From Thermoanaerobaculia bacterium (GTDB taxonomy: Bacteria > Acidobacteriota > Thermoanaerobaculia > Multivoradales > DATKCC01), in the NCBI GenBank assembly GCA_033762835.1, contig JANRLG010000117.1, positions 2,201 through 66,200 on the forward strand: a stretch of DNA of 64,000 nucleotides. Reading direction: 5' to 3'. The notes beneath the pieces are model-generated. The model was not told the DNA's origin. It saw nothing but the letters and a program-made list of their open reading frames with translations, and made no database searches. Shown piece after piece: positions 27,892 through 37,148 of this stretch (its first letter is position 1; the number at the start of each line of letters is the position of its first letter). Both the position numbers and the translations under genes were made by a program.

Positions 27892-28143
27892 TCAGCCGTT
27901 GGGATCGGACTGCGGCCCTTCCGTCGGTCGCTCGTCCGGATCGGGCACGGGCGGGGTTTCGGTGGCCAGCAACCAGCTCTCGAGCCAGCGCTCCAGCCGG
28001 TCCAGCAGGCTCGGCGAGACGAAGACACCGTGGGACTCGGGCGCCCCGAGTTCGCGCCGGGGAGTTTCCGCGGACACGCTACCGGCGGACACGAACGTGG
28101 CCAGGGCGAGGACAATCGCAAGGCGACGGGCTTTCATGGTCAT
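27892..28143 (-). CDS. Small secreted precursor peptide A ending EGPQSDPNG (start ATG 28137 or 28143)
   Basis: RBS AAGGAAGGG; signal peptide MKARRLAIVLALATFVSAGSVSA; helix LLDRLERWLESWLL; Pro/acidic linker; C-terminal xGxxxDPxG. Confidence 0.8.
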   Translation of the reverse strand: MTMKARRLAIVLALATFVSAGSVSAETPRRELGAPESHGVFVSPSLLDRLERWLESWLLATETPPVPDPDERPTEGPQSDPNG

Positions 28144-28290
28144 CCCTTCCTTATCGAAACGAAGGTGCCCCCGGATCCGCCCGGCGGCCCCCGCATCGCA
28201 GCAATCACTTGTTCAGTCCCTTAGTAGTGTTCGGCACGCACGCTTCGGGACTTCCGGCGCGAGAATTTTTCGCCGACGTAGAATCGCCCC

Positions 28291-29409
28291 ATGTTGCGCC
28301 GCCTCGGCGTCTCGATCTTCGCCGTCTTGCTGCTGTGGCCCGCGCCGCCCAGCCGAGCTACGACCGCGGCCCGCGAACGGGATCTCGCCGCTCTGCGGGG
28401 CGAGATCGCCGAGCTCGAGGGCCGGCTGTCGGTCGTGCGGAGCCGCGAGCGTTCCCTCGCGGCGAGCCTGGCCGAGGCCGAACTCGAGCTCGAGCTGCAA
28501 GAACGGCGCGTCACCGAGGCCCGCACGGCGCACGATTTGGCCGCTCTCCGGGTGCAAGCCGCGGCCGCCGAGGTGGCACGCCTCGAAGCGGAGCTCGCCG
28601 CGGCCCGGGCCGCCGTCCGCGGCCGGCTCGCGGGGCTGTATCGTCTCGGCCGAGAAGGTCCGCTGCGTCTGGCGCTCTCCGCTCGTCCCGGGTCCGACGT
28701 CGTGGGCGCCATCCGCCTGCTGCGTTTCCTCGCGCGCCGCGACGCCCAAGCGGTGGAGCGTTACGGCGCGGCGACCGCGCGGGTCGCCCACGAGCGTGAG
28801 CAGCTCGAGGCAGCCCGCAGCGCCGAGGCCGAGTGGCTGCGCCAGGAGGAGCTGCGCCGCGCCGAACGGGTCGCGGTGCAACGGCGCCAGGCCGAACTCG
28901 TCCGGCAAGCGCGCGCCGAGGAAGCGACCCTGGGCGCCCGGGCCAGCGCCCTGGCGGAGAAGGAACGACGCCTGTCGGCCCTGCTCGATGCCCTCTACGG
29001 CGGTGCTCCGGAGCCCTTCGTCGGCCGCTCGATCCTCGACTTCAAGGGCGCTCTGGACTGGCCCATGGCGGGCCGGGTCACCCAGGAGTTCGGCCACCGG
29101 CTCGACCCTCGCTACAAGACCCGGACCCCCCATCGCGGGCTCGAAATCACTGCCGGCGTGGGCACCGCGGTCCAGGTCGTTTTCCCGGGCAAAGTGCTTT
29201 ACGCGGCGCCCTTCGAAGGTTATGGCCCGACCGTCGTGGTGCACCACACCGATCGGGTCTTCTCGCTCTACGCCGGACTCGCCGAACTCTCGGTGAAAAA
29301 AGGCGATGTGCTACAGTTGGCCGACCCGGTGGGGCTCGCCGCCGGGCCGTTGTACTTCGAAATTCGCCGCGAGAACCGGCCCGAAGACCCCCGCGGCTGG
29401 TTGCGCTGA
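28291..29409 (+). CDS. envC: Murein hydrolase activator EnvC-like (coiled coil plus M23 domain)
   Basis: Signal peptide, long coiled coil, KGALDWPMAG, PHRGLEI, GYGPTVVVHH, LYFEIR. Confidence 0.85.
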   Translation: MLRRLGVSIFAVLLLWPAPPSRATTAARERDLAALRGEIAELEGRLSVVRSRERSLAASLAEAELELELQERRVTEARTAHDLAALRVQAAAAEVARLEAELAAARAAVRGRLAGLYRLGREGPLRLALSARPGSDVVGAIRLLRFLARRDAQAVERYGAATARVAHEREQLEAARSAEAEWLRQEELRRAERVAVQRRQAELVRQARAEEATLGARASALAEKERRLSALLDALYGGAPEPFVGRSILDFKGALDWPMAGRVTQEFGHRLDPRYKTRTPHRGLEITAGVGTAVQVVFPGKVLYAAPFEGYGPTVVVHHTDRVFSLYAGLAELSVKKGDVLQLADPVGLAAGPLYFEIRRENRPEDPRGWLR

Positions 29410-29460
29410 ACGCGACAACGGTCCTTCTGACAACCGATCGCCGGGCGAGGTCGTTCCCCC

Positions 29461-30633
29461 ATGACACGAGGCCGCTACACCTTTTTCGCCCTGTCCGCTC
29501 TGGTCGTGGTGCCCATTCTCGCCGGTTCCCTGGTGGGCGCCGCCCAGAACGAGGCGAAGCCGGGCCAAGACAGCCTGTACAAATACTTGTCCGTGTTCAC
29601 CGAGGCGCTGTCGCTGGTGCGCCAGGCCTATGTCGAAGAGTCGGACCCGAACGCCTTGTTCGCCGGGGCTCTCGACGGCATCACCGACGCCCTCGATCCG
29701 TTCTCCGTCTATGTTCCCGCCGCCGCTGTCGCTTCCTATGAAGAAGCTCGCCGCGTGAGCACCTCGCGCTCCGGCTTGGCGGTCCTGCGCGAGCGCGGGC
29801 TCGACTACGTACTCCAGGTCGACCCGGGTAGCCCTGCGGCCGCTGCCGGTATCGAACGCGGAGACCTGCTGGCGGAGATTCAAGGCCGGTCGACGCGGCT
29901 GATGCCCTTGTGGGAGCTCGAGCAGCTCCTCGCGGGTGCCGCCGGCACCGAGATCAAGGTGCGCTTGGTACGTTTCGCCGAGACCATCGACGCGAGCTTC
30001 ACCTTGGGCAGCTTTCCGCGGCCGCGCACGAGCTTGACCGAGCGCGGAGAGGTCTCGATCCTCCACCTGCCGACCTTCGACGGCGAAACCGTGGCGGAGG
30101 TCCGTACCGCCCTCGAGAAGGTCGGCCAACGGGGCTCGCGCCACCTGCTGATCGACCTGCGCGGGGTCCATGCCGGCGACGCAGCGGCCGCCTACGCCGT
30201 CGCCGGTCTGTTCGCGGACGGCGAGCTCGGCCGGCTGACCGGGCGCGCCGGCACGATCGAGACCTTCCAGGGCGGCACGCCGCTGTGGACGGGGCGCATC
30301 GTGGTGTTGGCGGACCGCTCGAGCCTCGGGCCGGCCGAGATCCTGGCGGCGGTGTTGCGCCAGAGGGCCGGGGCCGAGCTCGTCGGGGACCGCACCTTCG
30401 GCCACGCCGGTCGCCAGACCGGAGTCGAGTTGTCGACCGGAGCGCGGCTCTACCTGACCGACGCGTTTTACAGCGGCCCCGACTTCGTGGCCCTCGAGTC
30501 CCCCCTGAAGCCGGATCTCGTGGCCGAGGCCGCGACCGGCGACGACGAGGCCAAGGACGCGCCCGACGCCGTGCTCGAGAAGGGCCTGGAGCGGCTGTTG
30601 GCCCCGCCGGCCGAATCCAAGAAGGCTGCCTGA
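29461..30633 (+). CDS. S41 family CtpA-like protein with PDZ domain, catalytic residues substituted
   Basis: LDPFSVY, PGSPAAAAGIERGD (PDZ), IDLRG, SSLGPAEI, TFGHAG; envC-ctpA-yibQ synteny. Confidence 0.82.
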   Translation: MTRGRYTFFALSALVVVPILAGSLVGAAQNEAKPGQDSLYKYLSVFTEALSLVRQAYVEESDPNALFAGALDGITDALDPFSVYVPAAAVASYEEARRVSTSRSGLAVLRERGLDYVLQVDPGSPAAAAGIERGDLLAEIQGRSTRLMPLWELEQLLAGAAGTEIKVRLVRFAETIDASFTLGSFPRPRTSLTERGEVSILHLPTFDGETVAEVRTALEKVGQRGSRHLLIDLRGVHAGDAAAAYAVAGLFADGELGRLTGRAGTIETFQGGTPLWTGRIVVLADRSSLGPAEILAAVLRQRAGAELVGDRTFGHAGRQTGVELSTGARLYLTDAFYSGPDFVALESPLKPDLVAEAATGDDEAKDAPDAVLEKGLERLLAPPAESKKAA

Positions 30634-30636
30634 CGC

Positions 30637-31614
30637 TTGGCCACCCCACGCCGTCCCCAGAAACGGCCTTCGCCGGCCCGGCGCCGGAACTCCGCGGCCC
30701 CCCGGTGGGCGCTGGCGGGCCTCGGTGCGGTCGTGATCTTCCTCGCGGGTCTCTATTTCGGTAGCGGCGGGCGCCTGCCGCTGGTGACCTCCGAGGAACC
30801 GGCGCCGACCCCGGCCGCCGCCACCGAGGAGCCCGCACCGCCGCGGCCGACCCCACGCCCCAAACCCGCGCCCCGTCCAGCGTCGCAGGAGCCCGTGGCT
30901 CCCGAAGTGGCCCCTGCCACTGGAGACGCCGAGTCACCGGTAACCGTGGCCGTGGTCATCGACGATCTCGGGCGCAACGTCGGGGACGTGCATCGCCTGC
31001 ACGCCCTCGGGGTGCCCATCACTTACGCCGTCCTGCCGTTCGAGAGTCGCACCCGCGAGGTCGCCCGCGAAATCGCCGAACTCGGCGCGGAAATGCTGGT
31101 GCACTTGCCCATGGAGCCCTCGAACGGTGCCGATCCTGGCCCTGGAGCCCTGACCCTGGGCATGACCGCCAGCCAGCTGGCCGCGGCCACACGGCGCTGT
31201 CTAGAAGCCGTGCCCGGGGCCGTCGGGGTGAACAACCACATGGGCTCGACGCTGTCGGCGGACGAACCGGCAATGCGCGCGGTGCTCGGAGTGGTGGCGG
31301 AACGCAAGTGGTTCTTCCTCGACTCGCGCACCAGCGCCAAGAGCGTCGGTTATCGCACGGCCATGGCGCTCGGCGTGCCCGCCGCGGAACGCCAGGTGTT
31401 TCTCGACGACGAGCCGACGATCGAGGCCATCCGCGCCCAGTTCGCCCGCCTGGTGCAACTGGCTCGCGAGCGCGGTGCCGCCATCGCCATCGGGCATCCC
31501 TACGAAGAGACCCTGGCGGTGCTCGCGGAGGAAATCCCCAAGGCCCGCGCCCGGGGCGTGCAGTTCGTGCCGGTCAGTTACCTCGTCGATCGCACCGCGA
31601 GCGCCGAGCCGTAA
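30637..31614 (+). CDS. Divergent polysaccharide deacetylase family protein (YibQ-like)
   Basis: VIDDLG, AVLP, VHLPMEP, GVNNHMGS, FLDSRT, VFLDD, IAIGHP. Confidence 0.92.
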   Translation: MATPRRPQKRPSPARRRNSAAPRWALAGLGAVVIFLAGLYFGSGGRLPLVTSEEPAPTPAAATEEPAPPRPTPRPKPAPRPASQEPVAPEVAPATGDAESPVTVAVVIDDLGRNVGDVHRLHALGVPITYAVLPFESRTREVAREIAELGAEMLVHLPMEPSNGADPGPGALTLGMTASQLAAATRRCLEAVPGAVGVNNHMGSTLSADEPAMRAVLGVVAERKWFFLDSRTSAKSVGYRTAMALGVPAAERQVFLDDEPTIEAIRAQFARLVQLARERGAAIAIGHPYEETLAVLAEEIPKARARGVQFVPVSYLVDRTASAEP

Positions 31615-31721
31615 CGGCGACCCCACGATCCTGAAGACCGGTCGCCACCGCCGGGGTTGTCCCGTGGAACGCCGCCACGGCGTGCTAACAGCGACATCCC
31701 AACCGCGGCTGGAGGCCCGAC

Positions 31722-32048
31722 ATGTCTAGATTTCACAAGGTTTGGGCGCTGGCGACGACCGTCTTCGTGACCACCGCCGGGGTTCACGCGGAGGGTTATG
31801 CCGCCCACGTGACCACCCTCGATCCGAAGGCGTCATGCCTGGCGGTCGAGTGGGACAACGGCACCGAGAGAAAAGTGTGCTGGACGGAGAAGACCAAGTT
31901 TGCCGTGCTCGAGACCGGCAAGGCGGCCAAGGCCACGGACGTCCGCGTGGGTTCGTTCCTGCGGATGGAGGGAGACCAGCGGGGCGACACCTACTGGGCC
32001 AGCGAGATCGTGATTTGGGAGGCGGTTTCCCGGCCACCCAGCGGTTGA
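31722..32048 (+). CDS. Small secreted OB-fold-like protein (DUF5666-like)
   Basis: RBS GGAGG, signal peptide, TEKTKF...DVRVGSFLRMEG pattern, two Cys. Confidence 0.5.
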   Translation: MSRFHKVWALATTVFVTTAGVHAEGYAAHVTTLDPKASCLAVEWDNGTERKVCWTEKTKFAVLETGKAAKATDVRVGSFLRMEGDQRGDTYWASEIVIWEAVSRPPSG

Positions 32049-32062
32049 GGGCTCACGAGGGT

Positions 32063-32092
32063 GTCCCCTCTCCCGCGAACGGGAGAGGGGAC
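32063..32092. terminator. 13-bp perfect hairpin between convergent genes
   Basis: GTCCCCTCTCCCG-CGAA-CGGGAGAGGGGAC. Confidence 0.7.
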
Positions 32093-32114
32093 CGGAACAA
32101 GCGGACTCGGACCG

Positions 32115-35100
32115 TTACGGACAGCTCGGCGAGCAGCTGTCCCAGGCGGTCGCGTTACCGGTGTTGAAGCCGTCTTCGAAGAGGCCGCAACCCAGGGCGT
32201 CACAACCCGGCCAGGTGACGTTGGTCAAGCTGATGTCGTCCACCCAGAAGCCGTTCTGGCCGGTGGACTCGTCGCAGACCATGCGCCAGCGCAACCGAAT
32301 CCGCTCGCCGTTGTAGGTGGTGCCGAGGTTGACCACGGCATTGCGCCACGTGGTCTGAACGCCGGACCAGGCGTTGCGGCCCGGAATGGTGTTGTTGTTG
32401 AAGAGCGGGCCGTCGTAGGGCACCGAGGAGAGGTTCCCGACGTCGATCCAGTCTTCCGTCCCTTCCACGTTCAGCTCGAGCACGGCGCCGTCCCAACGCT
32501 GGGAACCGTCACCCTCGGTGTCGTAGCGGAGCCAGAAGGACAGGCTGGTGCTACCACCGCCCACCGCCACCACCGGGGTGATCAGCGAGTTGTCGCAGTA
32601 GCCGCCGATGTCGGCCGAGAACCAGCTGCTGGTGCCGGTGTGGGCCTGGGTGTTGACCCGCGACCACACTCCGGTGGCCACCGCCGCGTTGGTCGTGAAC
32701 GCCGTGTCGGCGTCCTCGGCATCCTCGGTCAGCGGCCCGGCCACGGCGTCGGCGCCGGTGAACAGCGACAGCACCTCCGAACCCGTGCCCTCGGCATGGG
32801 CCACCGTGATCGCGAGCCCGACGTTCGAGCGGCACCCGCTGTTGGCCTTGAGGCGCACCGTGTGGTTGGTGGTGACCGTGGCACCCGGAGCCAAGCTCGC
32901 GACGTTCTGGGGCGCCGACAACACCGACAATTGGGCCGGGACCACGGGCGACGCCGTGACTACCAAACCGGTCAGGGTCGTGGGCGTCTCGTTGGTGATC
33001 TCGACCGGCACCACGGCGGACTCCCAGACATCCAGGTAACCATCGGCTTCACAGCCGCCGGCCGCGTCGTTGATCGGCCCGAGGGCCAGGGAGACGGCGT
33101 TCCTGGTGAGCTTGTAGATGCTGCGGCCGTGAGTGCCGATCCACATCGTGTCGTCGTTGGCCCACACCAGCTGCATGACGCGGGTATAGGCGGTGCCGTA
33201 GTTGAACTGTTGCCAGTTGTAGCTGTCGGTGCTGTTGCCGTCGGTCGTCCACAGGCCGAGTTCGCTGCCGAGCCACAGACGATCCGGATCCACCGGGTCG
33301 ACCACGATCGAGAACATCGGGATGTCGGGCAGGTTGGTGTCGAGGGTGGCCCACGTGGCGCCGCCGTTCTCGCTCTTCCACACCCGGTTGGCACCGTAGT
33401 CGGCGAGAGTCACGTACAGGGTGTTGCCGGTGACGTCGTGGGGATCGACCTCGATCCAGGTGATGTCGGCTCCGGCCCAGGCGGCGTCCTGCAGCTGCGT
33501 CCACACCGACGGCGTGCCGAGGGTGGTGGTGCGGTACAGCCGGCCGATCGTCGAGCCGGCATAGGCGATGTTGCTGGCGTGGGGGCTGAAAGCCAGGGCC
33601 GAAACCGAGCCGCCACCCGCGAGCGCTCCGGAATCCGCCACGAACGTGGCGCCGGCGATGTTGCGGATGTTGTTCGAGAAGAACACCTGACCGGTACCGA
33701 TCAGGAAGCGGTTGCCGTTGTTCTTGTCGACCGTGAAGGGCTGGATGAACAACGAACCGGCGGTCGAGAAACCGGTGATCGAGGCCGCCGTCGAACCGCC
33801 GTCGGCAGAACCGAACAGGCCACCGTTGGGCGTCGAGCCGTAGATGAAGCGCGGGTCCTGCTGATCCCAGGCGGAGAAGCCGCCGTCACCGCCGGCCCAC
33901 TCGAGCCAAGTCTTCTTGTCGCCGAAGAACAGGTGGGAGCCGTTGTCCTGGGTACCGCCGATGACGTTGAAGCCGTTCGGGTGAGCGGCGATGCCGTAGT
34001 ACTGGGTCACCGGCAGGTTACCGTTCAGGTCGGTCCAGTTTTCGCCGGCATCGACCGACTTGAAGATGCCGCCGTCACTGCCGATGTACATGGTGTTCGC
34101 ATTGGTCGGGTCGAACGCCACCACGTGGTGGTCGGCATGGATGAAGTCGTTCGGGTACTGGCCGACGTTCGGGTTCCAGAACGTCTTCTTGGTGATCGTG
34201 GTCCCCGCGTTGGTCGTCTTGTACATGTCGACGGCGCCCATGAAGACGGTGTTCGAGTCGTCCGGCTTGACGGCACAAGTCAGGTCGTACCAACCCTGAC
34301 GCTCGATGAACGCGGTGGCACTGGCGGCCTGGACGAAGGCCGCGCCGCCGGCGGGTGAGCGCCACAGGCCGCGGGTCTGGTCGGCCGAGTTGCCGATGCA
34401 GGCATAGACGACGCCGTCCGAGCCCATGCCGAGCTCGATGCGCCGCAGGTTCGTAGTCGGCAGGCCCTCGGCGGCGCCCAGTTGGGTGAACGTGGCACCG
34501 TCGTTGGCGCTCCGGAACAAGCGCCGGGTGGCCTCGGTGAGACCGAAGTGGGAAGCGTAGATCCGGCCGTTCGGCGAGGCCGTCGTGGGATCGAACTTGA
34601 GATCGACGAAGCCGCGGCCATCGGCCACGATGCCGGAGCGCTCCGTCCACACCGGGGTCACCGCGGTGAAGTCGTCGGTCCCCCACAGGCCGGTGCGCGT
34701 GGCGGCCAGCAGCTTGTTGGTGCCCGGCACCCGCAGCAGGCGGTTGACGAAGAAGAAGTTCACGTTGTCCGTGCCGGCCAGGGTGGTGAAGGTGCCGCCG
34801 AAATCGTTCGACACCAGAATGCCGAGGCCCTGAGCGGCGTCGACGTTGAAGTACCCCTCACCGGTGCCCACGAAGACGCGGTCGTCGTTGTCCGGGTCGA
34901 CCAGCATGGAGCCGACTGCGAGGGTCGGCAGGAAGTCGTTGACGACCTCCCAGGTCGCGCCGCTGTCGGTGGACTTGAAGATGCCGCCGGAAACGCTACC
35001 GACGAGCATCTGGGTCGTGTCGCTGGGCTTGATCGCGATGCCGCGCAGGCGCCCGCCGAAATTGCCGGGGCCGTAGTTCTCGATGCGGACCGGCGGCAGG

Positions 35101-35375
35101 TTGGCGCCGAAGAGCGACTGGCTTTCTTCGATCGCCGCCACCGCTTGCCGGTTGAGCAGCACCGCCGACTCGCCCGGCTTGGTTTGCCGGAAGCTCGCGA
35201 AGTACTGAGCCCATTCGCCGGGAAATTCCGGCTTCGGGCCTTCGTCCGTGCGCGCCGACAGGGCGGCGAGCTTGGCCACCGACGGCGACACCGCGGCAGG
35301 TTGATACAGAGAACAGCCCCAGGCGAGCGCAGTAAAGGCGCCCAGAGCCAGCCAGGAACGAGCACGAGAGTTCAT
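32115..35375 (-). CDS. Large lipoprotein with BNR/Asp-box (VPS10-like) beta-propellers, a C-terminal beta-sandwich and an FEDGF tail
   Basis: Lipobox AWGC; Asp-boxes KSTDSGATW, RSANDGATF, KSVDAGENW, KSENGGATW; FWLRYDTE...RWDG...RLRWR; ends GLFEDGFNTGNATAWDSCSPSCP. Confidence 0.8.
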   Translation of the reverse strand: MNSRARSWLALGAFTALAWGCSLYQPAAVSPSVAKLAALSARTDEGPKPEFPGEWAQYFASFRQTKPGESAVLLNRQAVAAIEESQSLFGANLPPVRIENYGPGNFGGRLRGIAIKPSDTTQMLVGSVSGGIFKSTDSGATWEVVNDFLPTLAVGSMLVDPDNDDRVFVGTGEGYFNVDAAQGLGILVSNDFGGTFTTLAGTDNVNFFFVNRLLRVPGTNKLLAATRTGLWGTDDFTAVTPVWTERSGIVADGRGFVDLKFDPTTASPNGRIYASHFGLTEATRRLFRSANDGATFTQLGAAEGLPTTNLRRIELGMGSDGVVYACIGNSADQTRGLWRSPAGGAAFVQAASATAFIERQGWYDLTCAVKPDDSNTVFMGAVDMYKTTNAGTTITKKTFWNPNVGQYPNDFIHADHHVVAFDPTNANTMYIGSDGGIFKSVDAGENWTDLNGNLPVTQYYGIAAHPNGFNVIGGTQDNGSHLFFGDKKTWLEWAGGDGGFSAWDQQDPRFIYGSTPNGGLFGSADGGSTAASITGFSTAGSLFIQPFTVDKNNGNRFLIGTGQVFFSNNIRNIAGATFVADSGALAGGGSVSALAFSPHASNIAYAGSTIGRLYRTTTLGTPSVWTQLQDAAWAGADITWIEVDPHDVTGNTLYVTLADYGANRVWKSENGGATWATLDTNLPDIPMFSIVVDPVDPDRLWLGSELGLWTTDGNSTDSYNWQQFNYGTAYTRVMQLVWANDDTMWIGTHGRSIYKLTRNAVSLALGPINDAAGGCEADGYLDVWESAVVPVEITNETPTTLTGLVVTASPVVPAQLSVLSAPQNVASLAPGATVTTNHTVRLKANSGCRSNVGLAITVAHAEGTGSEVLSLFTGADAVAGPLTEDAEDADTAFTTNAAVATGVWSRVNTQAHTGTSSWFSADIGGYCDNSLITPVVAVGGGSTSLSFWLRYDTEGDGSQRWDGAVLELNVEGTEDWIDVGNLSSVPYDGPLFNNNTIPGRNAWSGVQTTWRNAVVNLGTTYNGERIRLRWRMVCDESTGQNGFWVDDISLTNVTWPGCDALGCGLFEDGFNTGNATAWDSCSPSCP

Positions 35376-35510
35376 CGCATCCCTCCTTGAACACCGAATT
35401 ACAAGATCGGTTTGGGCCTGAGCATAACACCGGGGCCGTGGCCGCCAGGCACAAGGGTGTCATCGCCGGTTCATGTCTTTCATCGAAGCTCCGATCTGGC
35501 GGTGGCCGGC

Positions 35511-37148
35511 ATGCAGATTTCGCGACCTCGACTTCGGATCGAAACCCTCGTGGGCCTGGTGGCCCTCTACCTCGTCGCCTGCGGCAATGTCCCGTGGTGG
35601 CGCGCGGTCTTGGCCGGCCGGCCGATCGCCGCCCCCGGCTCCTGGGCCTTCGCGGCCTGCACGTTCGTGGCCCTGGCCGCGGCGCACTTTCTTCTGTTGA
35701 TCGTGCTGTCGTCCCGCTGGACGGTGCGACCGGTGCTCACCCTAGCCGTCGTGGTGACCATCCTCGCGGCCTACTACATGGACCGCTACGGCGTACTGCT
35801 CGACCCCACGATGCTGCGAAACATCGTCCGCACCGACCCGCGCGAGGCGCGCGAGTTCGTGACCGTCGCGGTCTTCCTGCACACCCTGGCGTGGTCGGCG
35901 TTGCCCCTGGGCCTGATCTGGTGGGTGAAGCTCGAGCAGCGCACCTTCTGGCGGGCGCTCGTCGTTCGCGGAGCTCTGGCCCTGGGCGCCGCGGTGCTCG
36001 CCCTGGTTGCGCTGCTGCCGATCGCCCGAGACTTCCTCTCGCTGATGCGGAACCATCGCGAGCTGCGCTACTTGGTGACGCCTGGAAACCTCGTGGCCTC
36101 CCTCGTCCATAACGCCCGCATCGACCTCCGGGCAGCCCAGCAACCCAAGATCGTCGTGGGAGCCGACGCCGTCCGGAATTCGACCCGCAAGCGTCCCGTT
36201 CTCTTCGTCCTCGCCCTTGGGGAAACGGCCCGCGCCGCGAATTTCTCGCTGCTCGGGTACGCCCGGCAGACCAACCCCGAGCTCGCCACTCGGGGCGTCA
36301 CGGCGTTCCGCAACGTCACCGCCTGCGGCACGTCCACCGAGGTGTCGGTACCCTGCATGTTCTCACCCTATGGCCGTGCCGACTTCGACGAAGAGCGCAT
36401 CCACAACTCGGAGAGCCTGCTCGACGTCCTGCGCCGGGCGGGTTTCGCGGTGGAGTGGTACGACAACCAGTCGGGCTGCAAGGGGGTCTGCACGGGAAAC
36501 GGCATCGGCTTCAACAAGATGGGTGCCACCTTCGCCCCGGACCTCTGTGACGGCGCCGATTGTCTCGACGACATCCTGGTCCGCGCTCTGGAGAAGAAGC
36601 TCGCCGAGGTCACGACCGACACCGTGGTGGTGCTCCACCTACTCGGCAACCACGGCCCGGCTTACCACCGGCGCTACCCGCCCGCTTTCCGCCGCTTCAC
36701 CCCGGACTGCCAGACGGCCGAGCTGCGCGACTGCACCCGGGAAGAAGTCGTCAACGCCTACGACAACGCCATTCTCTACACCGACCACGTGCTCGCCGAG
36801 TTGATCGACCGGCTCGCGGCGGCAGAGGAGCGCCTCGACACCGCCCTGCTCTACGTCTCCGACCACGGCGAATCCCTCGGCGAAGCTGGCCTCTACCTCC
36901 ACGGCATCCCTTACGCCATCGCCCCGCGGGTACAAACCCACGTGCCCATGGTCTCCTGGCTGTCTCCCGGCTTCACCGAGTCGAGCGGCCTGTTGCCCGC
37001 CTGTCTCGCGACTCGCGTCGACGAACCGCTGTCCCACGACCATCTGTTCCACTCGGTGTTGGGGGTGCTCGACGTGACGAGCAGCGCCTACCGGCGGGAG
37101 CGGGATCTGTTTGCGCCGTGCCGGAAGGCGGATACCGAGGTTTCCTAG
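35511..37148 (+). CDS. eptA: Lipid A phosphoethanolamine transferase EptA-like
   Basis: 5 N-terminal TM, LGETARA, CGTSTEVSVPCMFS (catalytic Thr), GNHGPAY, YVSDHGESLGE, SHDHLFHS; start ATG 35511. Confidence 0.93.
   Translation: MQISRPRLRIETLVGLVALYLVACGNVPWWRAVLAGRPIAAPGSWAFAACTFVALAAAHFLLLIVLSSRWTVRPVLTLAVVVTILAAYYMDRYGVLLDPTMLRNIVRTDPREAREFVTVAVFLHTLAWSALPLGLIWWVKLEQRTFWRALVVRGALALGAAVLALVALLPIARDFLSLMRNHRELRYLVTPGNLVASLVHNARIDLRAAQQPKIVVGADAVRNSTRKRPVLFVLALGETARAANFSLLGYARQTNPELATRGVTAFRNVTACGTSTEVSVPCMFSPYGRADFDEERIHNSESLLDVLRRAGFAVEWYDNQSGCKGVCTGNGIGFNKMGATFAPDLCDGADCLDDILVRALEKKLAEVTTDTVVVLHLLGNHGPAYHRRYPPAFRRFTPDCQTAELRDCTREEVVNAYDNAILYTDHVLAELIDRLAAAEERLDTALLYVSDHGESLGEAGLYLHGIPYAIAPRVQTHVPMVSWLSPGFTESSGLLPACLATRVDEPLSHDHLFHSVLGVLDVTSSAYRRERDLFAPCRKADTEVS

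Noticed and set aside
27892-27920. DPxG cores as lasso-peptide or other known RiPP cores
   Set aside because: Gly-to-Asp spacing is too short for a lasso ring, the precursors have Sec signals rather than RiPP leaders, and no cyclase, RRE, YcaO, radical SAM or ATP-grasp gene is nearby
28195-28225. sigma54 promoter upstream of precursor A (TGAACAAGTGATTGCT)
   Set aside because: TTGCT is present but the invariant GG at -24 is missing
35403-35417. AGAT(T)(C/T)GGTTT(G/C)GGC-like string in three divergent intergenic regions (35403, 39003, 60625)
   Set aside because: Indels between copies, inconsistent distance to promoters and unrelated flanking genes; probably chance
35511-37148. Mobile colistin resistance (mcr) element
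   Set aside because: No IS, transposase, PAP2 partner or target-site duplication; ordinary chromosomal eptA
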